A stretch of 64,000 nucleotides of DNA. It comes from Polyangiales bacterium (GTDB lineage Bacteria; Myxococcota_A; Polyangia; Polyangiales; JADJQN01). Of this stretch, positions 1 through 14,438 are shown one piece after another. A model generated the notes under the pieces. It ran no database searches. It was not told the DNA's origin and saw only the letters and a program-made list of their open reading frames with translations. The stretch is from NCBI GenBank assembly GCA_964202905.1, contig CAXNJO010000001.1, positions 256,001-320,000 on the forward strand. Direction: 5' to 3'. Numbering within the stretch: the stretch's first letter is position 1; the number at the start of each line of letters is the position of its first letter. The position numbers were made by a program, and so were the translations under genes.

Positions 1-2
1 GC

Positions 3-783
3 ACCGCCGCGGAGGTCTCGGCGCGCCTCGCCGAAGCCTCGGCCTCCCTCCTCGGCGCGGCCAACCAGGTCTCGGCGGGCGCGACGCAGACGGTCGCGCA
101 GTCGACGGCCGTCGCGAGCGCGGCCGAGCAGATGCGCGGCAACGTCGCCGCCGTCGCGGTCGCTTCCGAGGAGCTCGCCTCCTCCATCCGCGAGATCGCG
201 CGGAACTCCAGCGACTCCGCCCGCACTGCCCGCAACGCGCGCGACATCGCCAGCAGCGCGAACGTCACCGTCACCGCGCTCTCGGCGAGCGCCGCGGCGA
301 TCGGCGACGTGACGCTCGCGATCAGCACCATCGCGCAACACACGAGCATCCTCGCCATGAACGCGAGCATCGAGGCCGCGCGCGCCGGCGACGCGGGCAA
401 GGGCTTCGCCGTCGTCGCCAACGAGGTCAAGGAGCTCGCGCGGCAGACCGGCCGCGCGACGAGCGAGATCGCGCGACACATCGCGAACATCCAGTCGGAC
501 ACGGCGAAATCCGTCGATTCCATCGGCTCGGTCGTGCAGGTGATCGAGCGCATCGACGGCTACGCCTCCTCGATCGCCGCCGCCGTCGAAGAGCAGGCCG
601 CCACCGTGCGCGACATCGCGCGCAACGCGACCGAAGTCTCCGCGGCCGTCTCCAGCGTCGTCGACAACATCAACGGCGTCTCCGCCGCCGCCCGAGACGC
701 CGCCCGCACCGCGAGCCGACACCCAGCGCGCCGCCGCCTCGCTCGACAGCCTCGCCGCCGACACCACCTCGCGCGCGGCCTGA
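3..783 (+). CDS. Methyl-accepting chemotaxis protein, C-terminal signalling domain (5' truncated by window edge; apparent +1 frameshift near 714)
   Basis: Frame is open from base 3. It carries the MCP hairpin signature [40 protein letters not shown]. After ~714 the MCP-like tail [20 protein letters not shown] lies in the +1 frame and ends at TGA 781-783; the unshifted frame runs to 872 with low-complexity sequence. Confidence 0.85.
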
Positions 784-911
784 GCGCGCCCCACGCCCGG
801 CGAGCGCCCATGTTCGTCACCGTCACGGTGCTCGAAGGCATCGACCGAGTGACCGGCGCGCGCTTCACGTGATTCCACAGCATCACGCACGCTGCATCAC
901 ACAGGACCCCC

Positions 912-1436
912 TCAGTCGAACTCCGGTGGCCCCAACCAGACCGCCGTCCCCGTCGCCGCCACGAGCAGCATGTTCTTGTTCTGACCGCTGATCTGCGAAT
1001 GCGTGAGCCTGACGCCGATCACCCCGTCCGCGCCATGTTGACCGGCCTCCCTGCGCAATTCGTCGAGACATGTCTGCCGCGCAGCGCGCATGGCCCGTTG
1101 TGCAGCTTCACTCCGACCCCCTGCAACATCCGTGACGGCCATCTTGAGGTCGTCCCACCAGTTCAGGCCAAGCACACACTCTGCAGAGACGATGACACGC
1201 TCGGTCTCGATCTCACGATGCGCAAACCGGTCTGCCGTCGTGAGTACGACGAGCGCCGACGGAATCGCCTCAGCCGTCGGCGACACGAACGACGACACAT
1301 CGCTCCAGGTTGGCATCCCGCGATACCAGTATCTCGCCGATGGTTCGATGTCTCCGGCCCGCCAGAGCAGACTCAACTCATCTGCACTGAATGGCCCCTG
1401 AGCCACACCATCCACCGCGACATAGATCTTCTTCAC
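912..1436 (-). CDS. GYF_2 (DUF4339)-like domain fused to YbjQ/UPF0145 heavy-metal-binding-like domain
   Basis: N-terminus YVAVDGVAQGPFSADEL...YWYRGMPTW is a GYF_2 pattern. C-terminus DVAGGRSEAAQRAMRAARQTCLDELRREAGQHGADGVIGV...MLLVAATGTAV is a YbjQ pattern. RBS GGAG upstream. Confidence 0.8.
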   Translation of the reverse strand: MKKIYVAVDGVAQGPFSADELSLLWRAGDIEPSARYWYRGMPTWSDVSSFVSPTAEAIPSALVVLTTADRFAHREIETERVIVSAECVLGLNWWDDLKMAVTDVAGGRSEAAQRAMRAARQTCLDELRREAGQHGADGVIGVRLTHSQISGQNKNMLLVAATGTAVWLGPPEFD

Positions 1437-1533
1437 TCTTCAACTCCTTCTCTCCCAAGGTCGATTGTCCGTTTCCGCAGACAGCTACGACCCAGATTCG
1501 ACCAACATCCCCGCGAGGAATCACAGAAAAAAG

Positions 1534-1689
1534 CCCTCCCCCGCGCGAGGGGGAGGGTTGGGGTGGGGGCCGACAAGACCGCGCAGGGGGGAGGGTTGGG
1601 GTGGGGGCCGACAAGACCGCGCAGGGGGGAGGGTTGGGTGGGGGCCGACAACCCGGATGGGGGAGGGTTGGAGAAGGGGCCGTCAACCC
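1534..1689. repeat. G-rich REP-like tandem repeat (about 4 degenerate copies of a ~38-40 bp unit) with a leading hairpin
   Basis: Unit GGGGGAGGGTTGGGGTGGGGGCCGACAAGACCGCGCAG is repeated with decay. CCCTCCCCC-GCGCGA-GGGGGAGGG forms a stem-loop at 1534-1557. Intergenic, just 3' of the FHA gene. Confidence 0.8.
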
Positions 1690-1729
1690 GTGCAGCAGAG
1701 AGGCCGAGAGTGAGCGAGGGCGCCGCCCC

Positions 1730-2645
1730 TCACTTGTAGGTGAATCGAATCTCGTAATCGCAGATCTGATACAGGTCGCCCTCTTCGATGCGCTTGCTGT
1801 CGATGCGGCGGCCCTGGTGCTCGACGCCGTTCGTGGAGCCGAGATCCTTCATGTAGAAGGCGCCGCCCTGGAAGACGACCGCCGCGTGGCGACGCGAGAT
1901 GTTGCCGTCCTTGATGGCGAGGTCGGCCGACTTGCTGCCACGGCCGATGACGAACTCTTCCTTCGCGACGGGGACCTTCTGGCCGTTGAAGATGGCGAAG
2001 AGGGTCGGCATCGCACCGGCGGCGGGCGCCGGGGTGGCGCCGGCGGACGAGGGCACGCGCGGCGCGCCGGGGAGCGGGGGCGGGGCGCCTCCGAAACTCG
2101 GCGGACGGTGCGTCTCGGGCGGGACGTAGGGGGCCGGGGTCGGCGCGCCGTACGCAGGCGCCGGTGCGGGGGGCGCGCCGTAACCGCCCTGCGTGGGGTA
2201 GGGCGGACGCGCAGCGGGCGCAGGGCGCGGCGCGGGCGGGTAGCCGGGCACGGGCGGCGCGCTGTAGCCGCCGGGGTACGCGGGCGGCGCCGCGGGGCGG
2301 CCCGGGGCGGCGGCGGCGCGCTCGAGGCGGGCGCCGGCGCGGCCATGGGCGCCGGCGGCGCGGGCGCGGCATCGCGGGGATGGACGGCGACGGCGGTGCG
2401 TCCATCCGCGGGATCGGCGCGGCCTGCGGGACGGGCGCCGCGGACGGCTCGCTCGGGCGCTGGCCACCGCTCGCCGAGGGGGTACGCGTCCCGTAATTGC
2501 GGGAGCGCGCGTATTGCCGCATCGCCTCGTTGATGAGGTAGTCGGTCGAGCACTCGAGCTCACCGCTCATCTGCTCGAAGATCTCCCAGAGGTAATCGCG
2601 ACACTGGAAGTGGCGGAGCGTCTTCTTGTTCTGTTCCTGGCTCAT
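1730..2645 (-). CDS. FHA-domain protein with N-terminal ribbon-helix-helix-like segment and Pro-rich linker (apparent frameshifts at ~2300-2370)
   Basis: N-terminus MSQEQNKKTLRHFQCRDYLWEIFEQMSGELECSTDYLINEAMRQY is in one frame. The FHA domain (FVIGRG...ISRRHA...KDLGSTNG) is in another frame ending at 1730. The Pro/Ala linker switches frames. Confidence 0.8.
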
Positions 2646-2660
2646 GTGGTGCTCCCCGCT

Positions 2661-4223
2661 TCAGCGCGCTGCCGGCGCTGCCCCTGCCGCGGCCGGTGCC
2701 GCAAGTCGCTCACGGACGCCCGCGATCGCCGCCTCGGCCACCTTGCCCACCGTGAAGCCCGCCTCCCAGCTGCGGGGCTCCGGACCCTTGACCGCCGTGG
2801 TGTCGGCGACGAGCGCCTGCATCGCCGCGACGTCCGCCGCCGTGCCCTTGCGCTCGAAGTAGCGGAGGCCGATCACGCGGTCCCACCAGTCCGGCGAATT
2901 GAGCTGCCCGCGCATGACGTCGTTCGGGAGCGGCGCGAGCTGGCCGAGGCGCGTCGCATAGCCGGCGAGCTCTTCAGGCGCGAACGTCGCGTCGGAGCCC
3001 GTGGGCAGCTTGGCGAGGAACTCCGCCGCGGCGCCCGCGCCGCCGATCGAGAGGACCAGCTCGCCGACGCGCCAGCGAACGCGCCACTCCGCCTTGTTCG
3101 AGACGAGCGGCCACAGGCGCGGCAGGGCCTCGGCGCTGCGGATGTCGCCGACGCGGTCGAAGGCGTAGTCGCGCACGGCGATGGGCGCCGCCGGGTCGAG
3201 CGCGACGTTGAGGAGCTGCTGCAGCATCCCCTGCGTCGCCTTGCCCTCGAGCGCCATGAGCGCGCGCTTGCGGCGCTCGCTGAGGAGTTCGCCCTCGGCC
3301 GAGGCCTGCGACGCGATCTCGAGGAGGCGTCCGGCGACCGCGGGCTGGTCGGCGAGGAACTTCATGGCCGGGAGCGCGCCGTCGTTGAGGAAGCTCTCGC
3401 GGTTGAAGGTCGCGACCTCGGTGACGCGGGCCTCGTTCACCGCACGCCCGGGGGTCGCGGCCGCCTGCAGCTGCGTGCGGATGGAGCTCTTGAGCCAGTC
3501 GAGGAAAGCGGGGCTCTCCATCTCGCGCTCGATCTCGATGAGGCGCTGCGCCGTGCGCGCCTTGGAGGCGGGGTCGCCGAGCTGCCCGACGAGCTCGGCC
3601 ACCTTCGTCATCGCCTCCTTCGCCATGCGCGCGTTGAGCGCGTTGACGAGGACGGCGGCGCCGGGCGCCCCGAGGGCGCGCACGACCTGCTCGGCGCTGT
3701 AGTTGCCCGCGAGGAGGCGGCCGCCGAAGTCCTGCACGTACCAGCCGACGACGGCCTCCGTCAGCGCGGCGCGCGTCGCGGGGCTCGCCCGCGCGATGAG
3801 CAGGAAGCCCGCGTCCTTCGCGCGCTTCTGCAGGGCCGTCGGGGGTGGGACGACGCCGGCCTCCGCGGGCGCCTGCGCGGCGCCCTGACCGCGCATGAGC
3901 GGCAGCAGGCCCGGCGTGAGCCCGTCGATCATCTCGCGCTGCGTCGCCTCGGGGAGCCGCTGCAACGCGCGCTGGAGTTCGGCGAGGCCGTCGACGTCGC
4001 TCCGCTCCATCTCGACGAGCGCGAGCGCGGCGCGCATCCGCAGCTCCATCGGGTACTTCTCGGCGAGCACCACCGCGACGATCTTCCCAGGCCCCTTGAC
4101 CGTGCCCTTCCAGTGGTCGACGTCGTCCGTCGTGACCTTGCAGCCCGCGACGAACGCGAGGAGGGCAAGGGCGAACGTCACTGCGAGGCGGTTGCTGCCT
4201 GAAAAACGTCGCTGATTTCGCAT
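2661..4223 (-). CDS. Lipoprotein with helical (HEAT-like) repeats
   Basis: 520-aa ORF with signal peptide and lipobox FVAG-C; helical repeats such as ELRMRAALALVE and VRDYAFDRVGDI; 15 bp upstream of the FHA gene, so probably an operon. Confidence 0.7.
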   Translation of the reverse strand: MRNQRRFSGSNRLAVTFALALLAFVAGCKVTTDDVDHWKGTVKGPGKIVAVVLAEKYPMELRMRAALALVEMERSDVDGLAELQRALQRLPEATQREMIDGLTPGLLPLMRGQGAAQAPAEAGVVPPPTALQKRAKDAGFLLIARASPATRAALTEAVVGWYVQDFGGRLLAGNYSAEQVVRALGAPGAAVLVNALNARMAKEAMTKVAELVGQLGDPASKARTAQRLIEIEREMESPAFLDWLKSSIRTQLQAAATPGRAVNEARVTEVATFNRESFLNDGALPAMKFLADQPAVAGRLLEIASQASAEGELLSERRKRALMALEGKATQGMLQQLLNVALDPAAPIAVRDYAFDRVGDIRSAEALPRLWPLVSNKAEWRVRWRVGELVLSIGGAGAAAEFLAKLPTGSDATFAPEELAGYATRLGQLAPLPNDVMRGQLNSPDWWDRVIGLRYFERKGTAADVAAMQALVADTTAVKGPEPRSWEAGFTVGKVAEAAIAGVRERLAAPAAAGAAPAAR

Positions 4224-4363
4224 GGTCTCTCTCGCGCTGGCCCTGTGAACGTGGCGCGGCCCGGCCGCCCTGCTGGCGACCCCGACCCGGACGGGTGGTC
4301 CGCGCGGAAGAATGGGGGGAAAGGGCGTCCGCGATCAAGTCCGCTGCCGCATGCGCTGGAATG

Positions 4364-4392
4364 TTGACCCGGCACGGAGACCTCCCTACCCT
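4364..4392 (+). promoter_or_regulatory. Sigma-70-type promoter of ftsK
   Basis: TTGACC (4364-4369), 17-bp spacer, TACCCT (4387-4392), just upstream of the ftsK start. Confidence 0.55.
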
Positions 4393-4407
4393 CGTCGGTA
4401 AGGCGAG

Positions 4408-7257
4408 GTGCGCTTGAATACTACACCGACCACATCTGCCCACGACGAGGTCGACCACGCGGTCGACGCGCTGAGCGAGCCGGAGGCCGGGAGACGGCAC
4501 GAGGTGTTCGGCATCCTCACGGGCGCGGCGACGCTCCTGCTGCTGTTGTCGCTGTGGTCGTACGACGCGCAGGGCGGCGAGAACTGGATCGGGCCGGTCG
4601 GCGCGTGGCTGGCCGCGGTCGTCGCGGCGGCGTTCGGCGTCGGGGCGTGGGTGCTCCCGGTGGAGCTCGGGCTGCTCTCGTTCCGGCTGTTCTCGCGGCA
4701 GGCGGCGGTGCTCGGGATCGCGCGCGCGGTCTCGACGCTCGTGATCGTGCTCGTCGGGTGCGCGATGCTGCACCTGTCGTTGCGCGACGTCGTGGTGTTC
4801 GGCGGTCATCTCGCGGGCGGGGTGCTCGGCGAGGTCTGCGGCGAGGTGCTGCGCTCGCTGCTCGGGCTCGCGGGCGCGTATGTCGTCGGCATCTCGGTGC
4901 TACTCGTGACGCTCGTGCTGCGGACGACGATCTCCGTCGTCGCGGTCGCGCGCTGGCTCGGGCTCGGGACGCGGCGCGCCGGCACGACGCTGTGGGACGG
5001 GCTGCGCGCGCTCTGGGAGGCCTGGCGCGAGGCGCGGGAGCTCGAGCGCGCGGAGCGCGAGGCGCAGGAGGCCGCGCGCTTGCCGCGCATCGTCTCCGAG
5101 GCGTCGGCCGGCCCGGGGGGCACGCTGCCGGGCACGCCGACCACGACGGGCGCGGGCACGCCGCCGAGCACGCTCACGGGCGCGACGGCGGGCAACGCCA
5201 CGCCCGTGGGCGCGGACAACGCCACGGGCGCCGTGCCTGCCGAGGCGCCGCGCGACGCACGCCGGGGTCGGGTCGCGGCGCGGACGCGGGGCGAGGTGGA
5301 GGCCGCGCGCGTCGCCGTCGCGCACGCGCACGACGACGACACGCTCGACGGTCCGCCCGACGACGACGAGCTCGGCGACGACGACGGGGAGGCGCAGGAC
5401 GACGCGCACCTCGACGCGCACGACGACATCGGGGAGGCCGACGACGCCCCGCCCCCCGCGCGTGTCCCGACCAAGGCGCTGCGGGCCGCGACCGTGACCC
5501 CTGCGCGGAGCCCGCATGCCGAGAGCGCGCCCGGCGCACGCCCCGCGGCCGCACGCCCCGCCCCGCTCCCGACGATCGTCCCGCCGACCACCGTGGCCGA
5601 GCCCGCCGCACCGCCCGCGCGCGTGCGCGCCGTCGAGCCGGTGCCCGCGCGTCCCCCCGCCCCCGAGCCCCCCGATCGCATCGTGCCCGGCGTCGGGCGC
5701 GGCTTCGTGCTGCCGCCGACGACGCTGCTCGCGCCCGTGCCGCAGGAGCAGGTCGTCATCGACGAGAAGACGCTCCGCGACAACGCCGCGCGCCTCGTCG
5801 ACAAGCTCAACGCGTACGGCGTGCAGGGCCGCGTCGACGAGATCCACCCCGGCCCCGTCGTCACGATGTACGAGCTCGAGCCCGCGAGCGGCACGAAGGT
5901 CTCGAAGATCGCCGGCCTCGCGGACGACCTCGCGATGGCGCTCGCCGCACAGAAGGTGCGCATCGTCGCGCCGATCCCCGGCAAGGCGCGCGTCGGCTTC
6001 GAGCTGCCGAACAAGCACCGTCAGTCGGTGTCGCTGCGCGAGATCCTCGAGGACGCGCGCTGGCGGGACACGAAGTCCTTGCTGCCGATGGCGCTCGGCA
6101 AGGACATCGCCGGGCAGCCCGTCTACGTCGACATGGCGAAGATGCCCCACCTGCTCGTCGCGGGTGCGACGGGCGCGGGCAAGTCGGTCGGTCTCAACGT
6201 GATGCTCGCGTCGATGCTCTCGCGCCGCACGCCCGAAGAGGTGCGGATGCTCATGATCGACCCGAAGGTCGTGGAGCTCGCCGTCTTCGACGGCATCCCG
6301 CACATGCTCCTGCCCGTCGTCACGGACATGAAGAAGGCGTCGCTCGCGCTGCGCTGGGCCGTCGACGAGATGGAGCGCCGCTACCAGCTCTTCGCCGACG
6401 CGGGCGCCAAGAACATCGGCACCTACAACGAGCGCGTCGAGAAGGTGCTGCGCGGCGAGATGCACGTCGACAAGCTCGCGCCGAAGAAGGCCGGCAAGGT
6501 CAAGGCGCAGGGGCCCGAGGGCGAGGAGGTCTACCTCCCGCCCGACGACGACGAGGCCGCCGACGCGAACGCGCAGCCGCCCACGAAGCTGCCGTTCATC
6601 GTGGTGGTCGTCGACGAGTTCGCGGACCTGATGATGGTCGCCGCGAAGGACGTCGAGTCCGCCGTCGCGCGGCTCGCGCAGAAGGCCCGCGCCGCCGGCA
6701 TCCACGTGATCCTCGCGACGCAGCGGCCCTCGGTCGACGTCATCACCGGCATGATCAAGGCGAACTTCCCCGCGCGCATCGCGTTCAAGGTCGCGCAGCG
6801 GCAGGACTCGCAGACGATCCTCGGGCAGAACGGCGCCGAGCACCTGCTCGGCATGGGCGACATGCTCATGATCCCACCCGGCGCCGCGGAGCTGAAGCGC
6901 GTGCACTGCGCGTACATCAGCGAAGACGAAGTGCAGGCGGTCTGCGATTTCCTGCGCATGCAAGGGAAGCCCGTCTACGACGAGAACATCCTCAAGCCGC
7001 GCGACGAGGAAGGCGACGGCGAGGGCGGCGAGGACGGCGACGGCGACGGACCGAAGAGCGACGACCCGCTCTACGACAAGGCCGTCGCGCTCGTCGCGCA
7101 GGCCGGCTACTGCTCGATCAGCCACATCCAGCGGCACCTCTCGGTCGGCTACAACAAGGCCGCGAAGCTCGTCGAGCGCATGGAGAAGGACGGCATCGTC
7201 GGCTCCGCGAGCGCGAAGGCGGGCGGACGCCGCGAGGTCCTCATCCAGGCGATGTAG
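4408..7257 (+). CDS. ftsK: DNA translocase FtsK
   Basis: N-terminal 4TM region, long Pro/Ala/Asp linker, alpha domain (PGPVVTMYE), Walker A GATGAGKS, Walker B VVVVDEFADLMM, LATQRPSVDVITG, C-terminal gamma domain. Confidence 0.97.
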   Translation: MRLNTTPTTSAHDEVDHAVDALSEPEAGRRHEVFGILTGAATLLLLLSLWSYDAQGGENWIGPVGAWLAAVVAAAFGVGAWVLPVELGLLSFRLFSRQAAVLGIARAVSTLVIVLVGCAMLHLSLRDVVVFGGHLAGGVLGEVCGEVLRSLLGLAGAYVVGISVLLVTLVLRTTISVVAVARWLGLGTRRAGTTLWDGLRALWEAWREARELERAEREAQEAARLPRIVSEASAGPGGTLPGTPTTTGAGTPPSTLTGATAGNATPVGADNATGAVPAEAPRDARRGRVAARTRGEVEAARVAVAHAHDDDTLDGPPDDDELGDDDGEAQDDAHLDAHDDIGEADDAPPPARVPTKALRAATVTPARSPHAESAPGARPAAARPAPLPTIVPPTTVAEPAAPPARVRAVEPVPARPPAPEPPDRIVPGVGRGFVLPPTTLLAPVPQEQVVIDEKTLRDNAARLVDKLNAYGVQGRVDEIHPGPVVTMYELEPASGTKVSKIAGLADDLAMALAAQKVRIVAPIPGKARVGFELPNKHRQSVSLREILEDARWRDTKSLLPMALGKDIAGQPVYVDMAKMPHLLVAGATGAGKSVGLNVMLASMLSRRTPEEVRMLMIDPKVVELAVFDGIPHMLLPVVTDMKKASLALRWAVDEMERRYQLFADAGAKNIGTYNERVEKVLRGEMHVDKLAPKKAGKVKAQGPEGEEVYLPPDDDEAADANAQPPTKLPFIVVVVDEFADLMMVAAKDVESAVARLAQKARAAGIHVILATQRPSVDVITGMIKANFPARIAFKVAQRQDSQTILGQNGAEHLLGMGDMLMIPPGAAELKRVHCAYISEDEVQAVCDFLRMQGKPVYDENILKPRDEEGDGEGGEDGDGDGPKSDDPLYDKAVALVAQAGYCSISHIQRHLSVGYNKAAKLVERMEKDGIVGSASAKAGGRREVLIQAM

Positions 7258-7394
7258 CGGCGCAGCGCGTGGTGACCCGGGCCATCCCGGCGCCACGTGT
7301 TGCCCGTGGCGCGCGGCGCGACAAGCTGCGCTTGCGGCCGCACACAGGCGGCGTCGATGATCGGCTCAGGCGCGCCCGAGCGCCCGGAGGTCCC

Positions 7395-12518
<5,124 letters not shown>

Positions 12519-12605
12519 GCGCTGCGCGCGCGGCGGCACGACGGCGCGCGCGCGACCTCACGCCGCCGCACCGACCTACGCGGAGCGATCGCGTATAACC
12601 GCGGC

Positions 12606-13406
12606 ATGAGCGAGCACGGCAAGGAGCAGGAGCAAGGCGGGGCGCGGGAGCCGGGCGGGGGCGAGGCGAAGGCCCCCGGCCTCGCGGCGATCGACGTGAA
12701 CGAGTACGGCGGCCGCAAGGACGGCGAGCGCCAGTCGCTGAACCGCCGTCTTTTCATGCAGTTGCTCGTGTTCGAGGCGAACCTGCACGCGGCCACGCAC
12801 GCGGCCGACCTCGCGCGGCACCTGCGCGAGGCGGGCGTCGCGTCGATCGTCTACGACGACGCCAACGACCCGCGCGGCGTCGGGCTGCTCACGTGGAGCG
12901 AGGACCCGGCGCACTTCGTCACGCGCGTGCGCCCGGTGTTCACGCTCATCCCGCGTGGCGAGCTGGGCCTGCGCCCCGAGATGACGATGCTCGGCCGCAC
13001 GTACGCGACGGGCCACGAGCCGCAGCTCGCCTGGTCGCTGCTCGAGCGCGCCATCGAGCAGGTCACGCACCCCGCGCACGACTGGGCGGTGTGGTACCCG
13101 CTGCGCCGAGGCGGCGCGTTCTCGCGGCTCGAGCCGCACGACCAGTCGATCATCCTACGCGAGCACGCGCACATCGGGATGGCGTATGGGCAGGCCGACC
13201 TCGCCCACGACGTGCGCCTCGCCTGCCATGGCCTCGACGCGCAGGACAACGACTTCGTGATCGGGCTGCTCGGCCATGATCTGCACCCCCTCTCGCACGT
13301 CGTGCAGTCGATGCGGAAGACGGTCCAGACCTCGCAATACATCGAGAAAATGGGCCCTTTCTTCGTCGGACACGTCGCGCATCGCGTGCCGGGCGCGCCG
13401 CGCTGA
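12606..13406 (+). CDS. Chlorite dismutase / coproheme decarboxylase (HemQ/ChdC) superfamily heme protein
   Basis: Motifs WYPLRR, ILREHAHIGMAYG (proximal His region), HGLDAQDNDFVIGL, MRKTVQTSQYIEKMGPFFVG. Confidence 0.8.
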   Translation: MSEHGKEQEQGGAREPGGGEAKAPGLAAIDVNEYGGRKDGERQSLNRRLFMQLLVFEANLHAATHAADLARHLREAGVASIVYDDANDPRGVGLLTWSEDPAHFVTRVRPVFTLIPRGELGLRPEMTMLGRTYATGHEPQLAWSLLERAIEQVTHPAHDWAVWYPLRRGGAFSRLEPHDQSIILREHAHIGMAYGQADLAHDVRLACHGLDAQDNDFVIGLLGHDLHPLSHVVQSMRKTVQTSQYIEKMGPFFVGHVAHRVPGAPR

Positions 13407-13515
13407 GACGCGCCGCGGGGCGCCGCGCGTGAAGAACGCGCGTCGGTCGTCCGTCCGTGCCGAAGCCCGCGTGATGCCGAGACGCGCGGGTTCCATCCCG
13501 CCCGGAGAGACACCG

Positions 13516-14391
13516 ATGGACCCGCTGCGCCCTGCTCCCCGCCTCCTCGTCGCGTCGCTCTTCGTCGCCCTCGCCGGCCTGCTCGCGGCGCCCGCCGTGC
13601 GCGCGCAGCAGGCCTCCGCCGACGCCGCGGACGCCGCCGCACGCGCGACGCAGGCGATGGAGCGCATCGACCGCGAGATCGCGTGTCTGCGGACGCAGCG
13701 GGAGCGCCTCGCGCGGCTCCACACCCTGATCGCGGAGGCCGACACGCAGGCGCGCGCGAGCTCGCACGGCGCGCGCGAGCGTGACGAGGGCGCCGCGGCG
13801 GTCGCCTCGCTGCGTGCGCAGGCCGCCGACGCCGAGCGCGCCGCGAAGCTCTGCCTCGAGCCGGGCGCGGCCTTCGCGACGGGCGAGACGATGCAGGTCG
13901 CCGTCACGCCGCCCCACGATCCCGTCGCCGCTCGCCTCGCACAGCCGAACGGCACGGCGACCACGCAGGCCGCGCACCTCGGCGCGACGGGCCCGACGCT
14001 GGCGCAGGACACCGCGCGTCTCATCGAGCGCGACACCGGCCTCTCGGACGACGTGCGCGTGCTGCGCGGCGTGCACACGGGCGGCAGCGGGACCCTCGAA
14101 CACGGCGCCGTGCGCGCCGCCGTGCGCGCGATCGGCCCGCGGATCGCCGCGTGTTACGACCGGATGCTCGAGCGCGGCGCGCTCCGCGAGGGGACGCTAG
14201 CGCTGGTCTTCGACGTCACGGGGATCGGCCGCCCGACGCGCGTCTCGGTCACGCGCACCGACCACGGCGACCACCTCGACGACGTCGCGCTCGGCCAGTG
14301 CGTGCGTCAGGCCGGCGAGGCGCTGCGTTTCCCGCAGGGCGCGCGCGGCGGCACCGCGACGTACACCTACACGCTGCAGTTCGGCGGCTGA
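13516..14391 (+). CDS. Secreted protein with C-terminal AgmX/PglI (TonB-C-like) domain
   Basis: GGAG RBS; signal peptide; coiled coil; C-terminus VRAAVRAIGPRIAACYDRML...GTLALVFDV...LGQCVRQAGEALRFP...TYTYTLQF. Confidence 0.7.
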   Translation: MDPLRPAPRLLVASLFVALAGLLAAPAVRAQQASADAADAAARATQAMERIDREIACLRTQRERLARLHTLIAEADTQARASSHGARERDEGAAAVASLRAQAADAERAAKLCLEPGAAFATGETMQVAVTPPHDPVAARLAQPNGTATTQAAHLGATGPTLAQDTARLIERDTGLSDDVRVLRGVHTGGSGTLEHGAVRAAVRAIGPRIAACYDRMLERGALREGTLALVFDVTGIGRPTRVSVTRTDHGDHLDDVALGQCVRQAGEALRFPQGARGGTATYTYTLQFGG

Positions 14392-14438
14392 CGTCGGCGC
14401 CCACGAGCCGTACGGAGCCGCATGCTAGATCGGCGCGC

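Noticed and set aside
811..872. Tiny [23 protein letters not shown] after the MCP
   Set aside because: Only 20 codons and no RBS. It could be a gene remnant but cannot be supported.
4408..7257. FtsK as a type VII secretion or conjugative coupling ATPase
   Set aside because: A single ATPase domain with a 4TM N-terminus and a gamma domain is the standard chromosomal FtsK.
4554..7394. 5' extension of the 2654-aa ORF overlapping ftsK, and the many long Arg/Ala-rich ORFs in alternative frames or strands throughout the window
   Set aside because: These are shadow ORFs caused by stop-codon scarcity at very high GC. The real gene starts at ATG 7395 behind a GGAGG RBS with a signal peptide.
12606..13406. 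Evidence for (per)chlorate respiration
   Set aside because: There is no signal peptide and no reductase genes nearby; a HemQ-like or unknown heme-protein role is more plausible.
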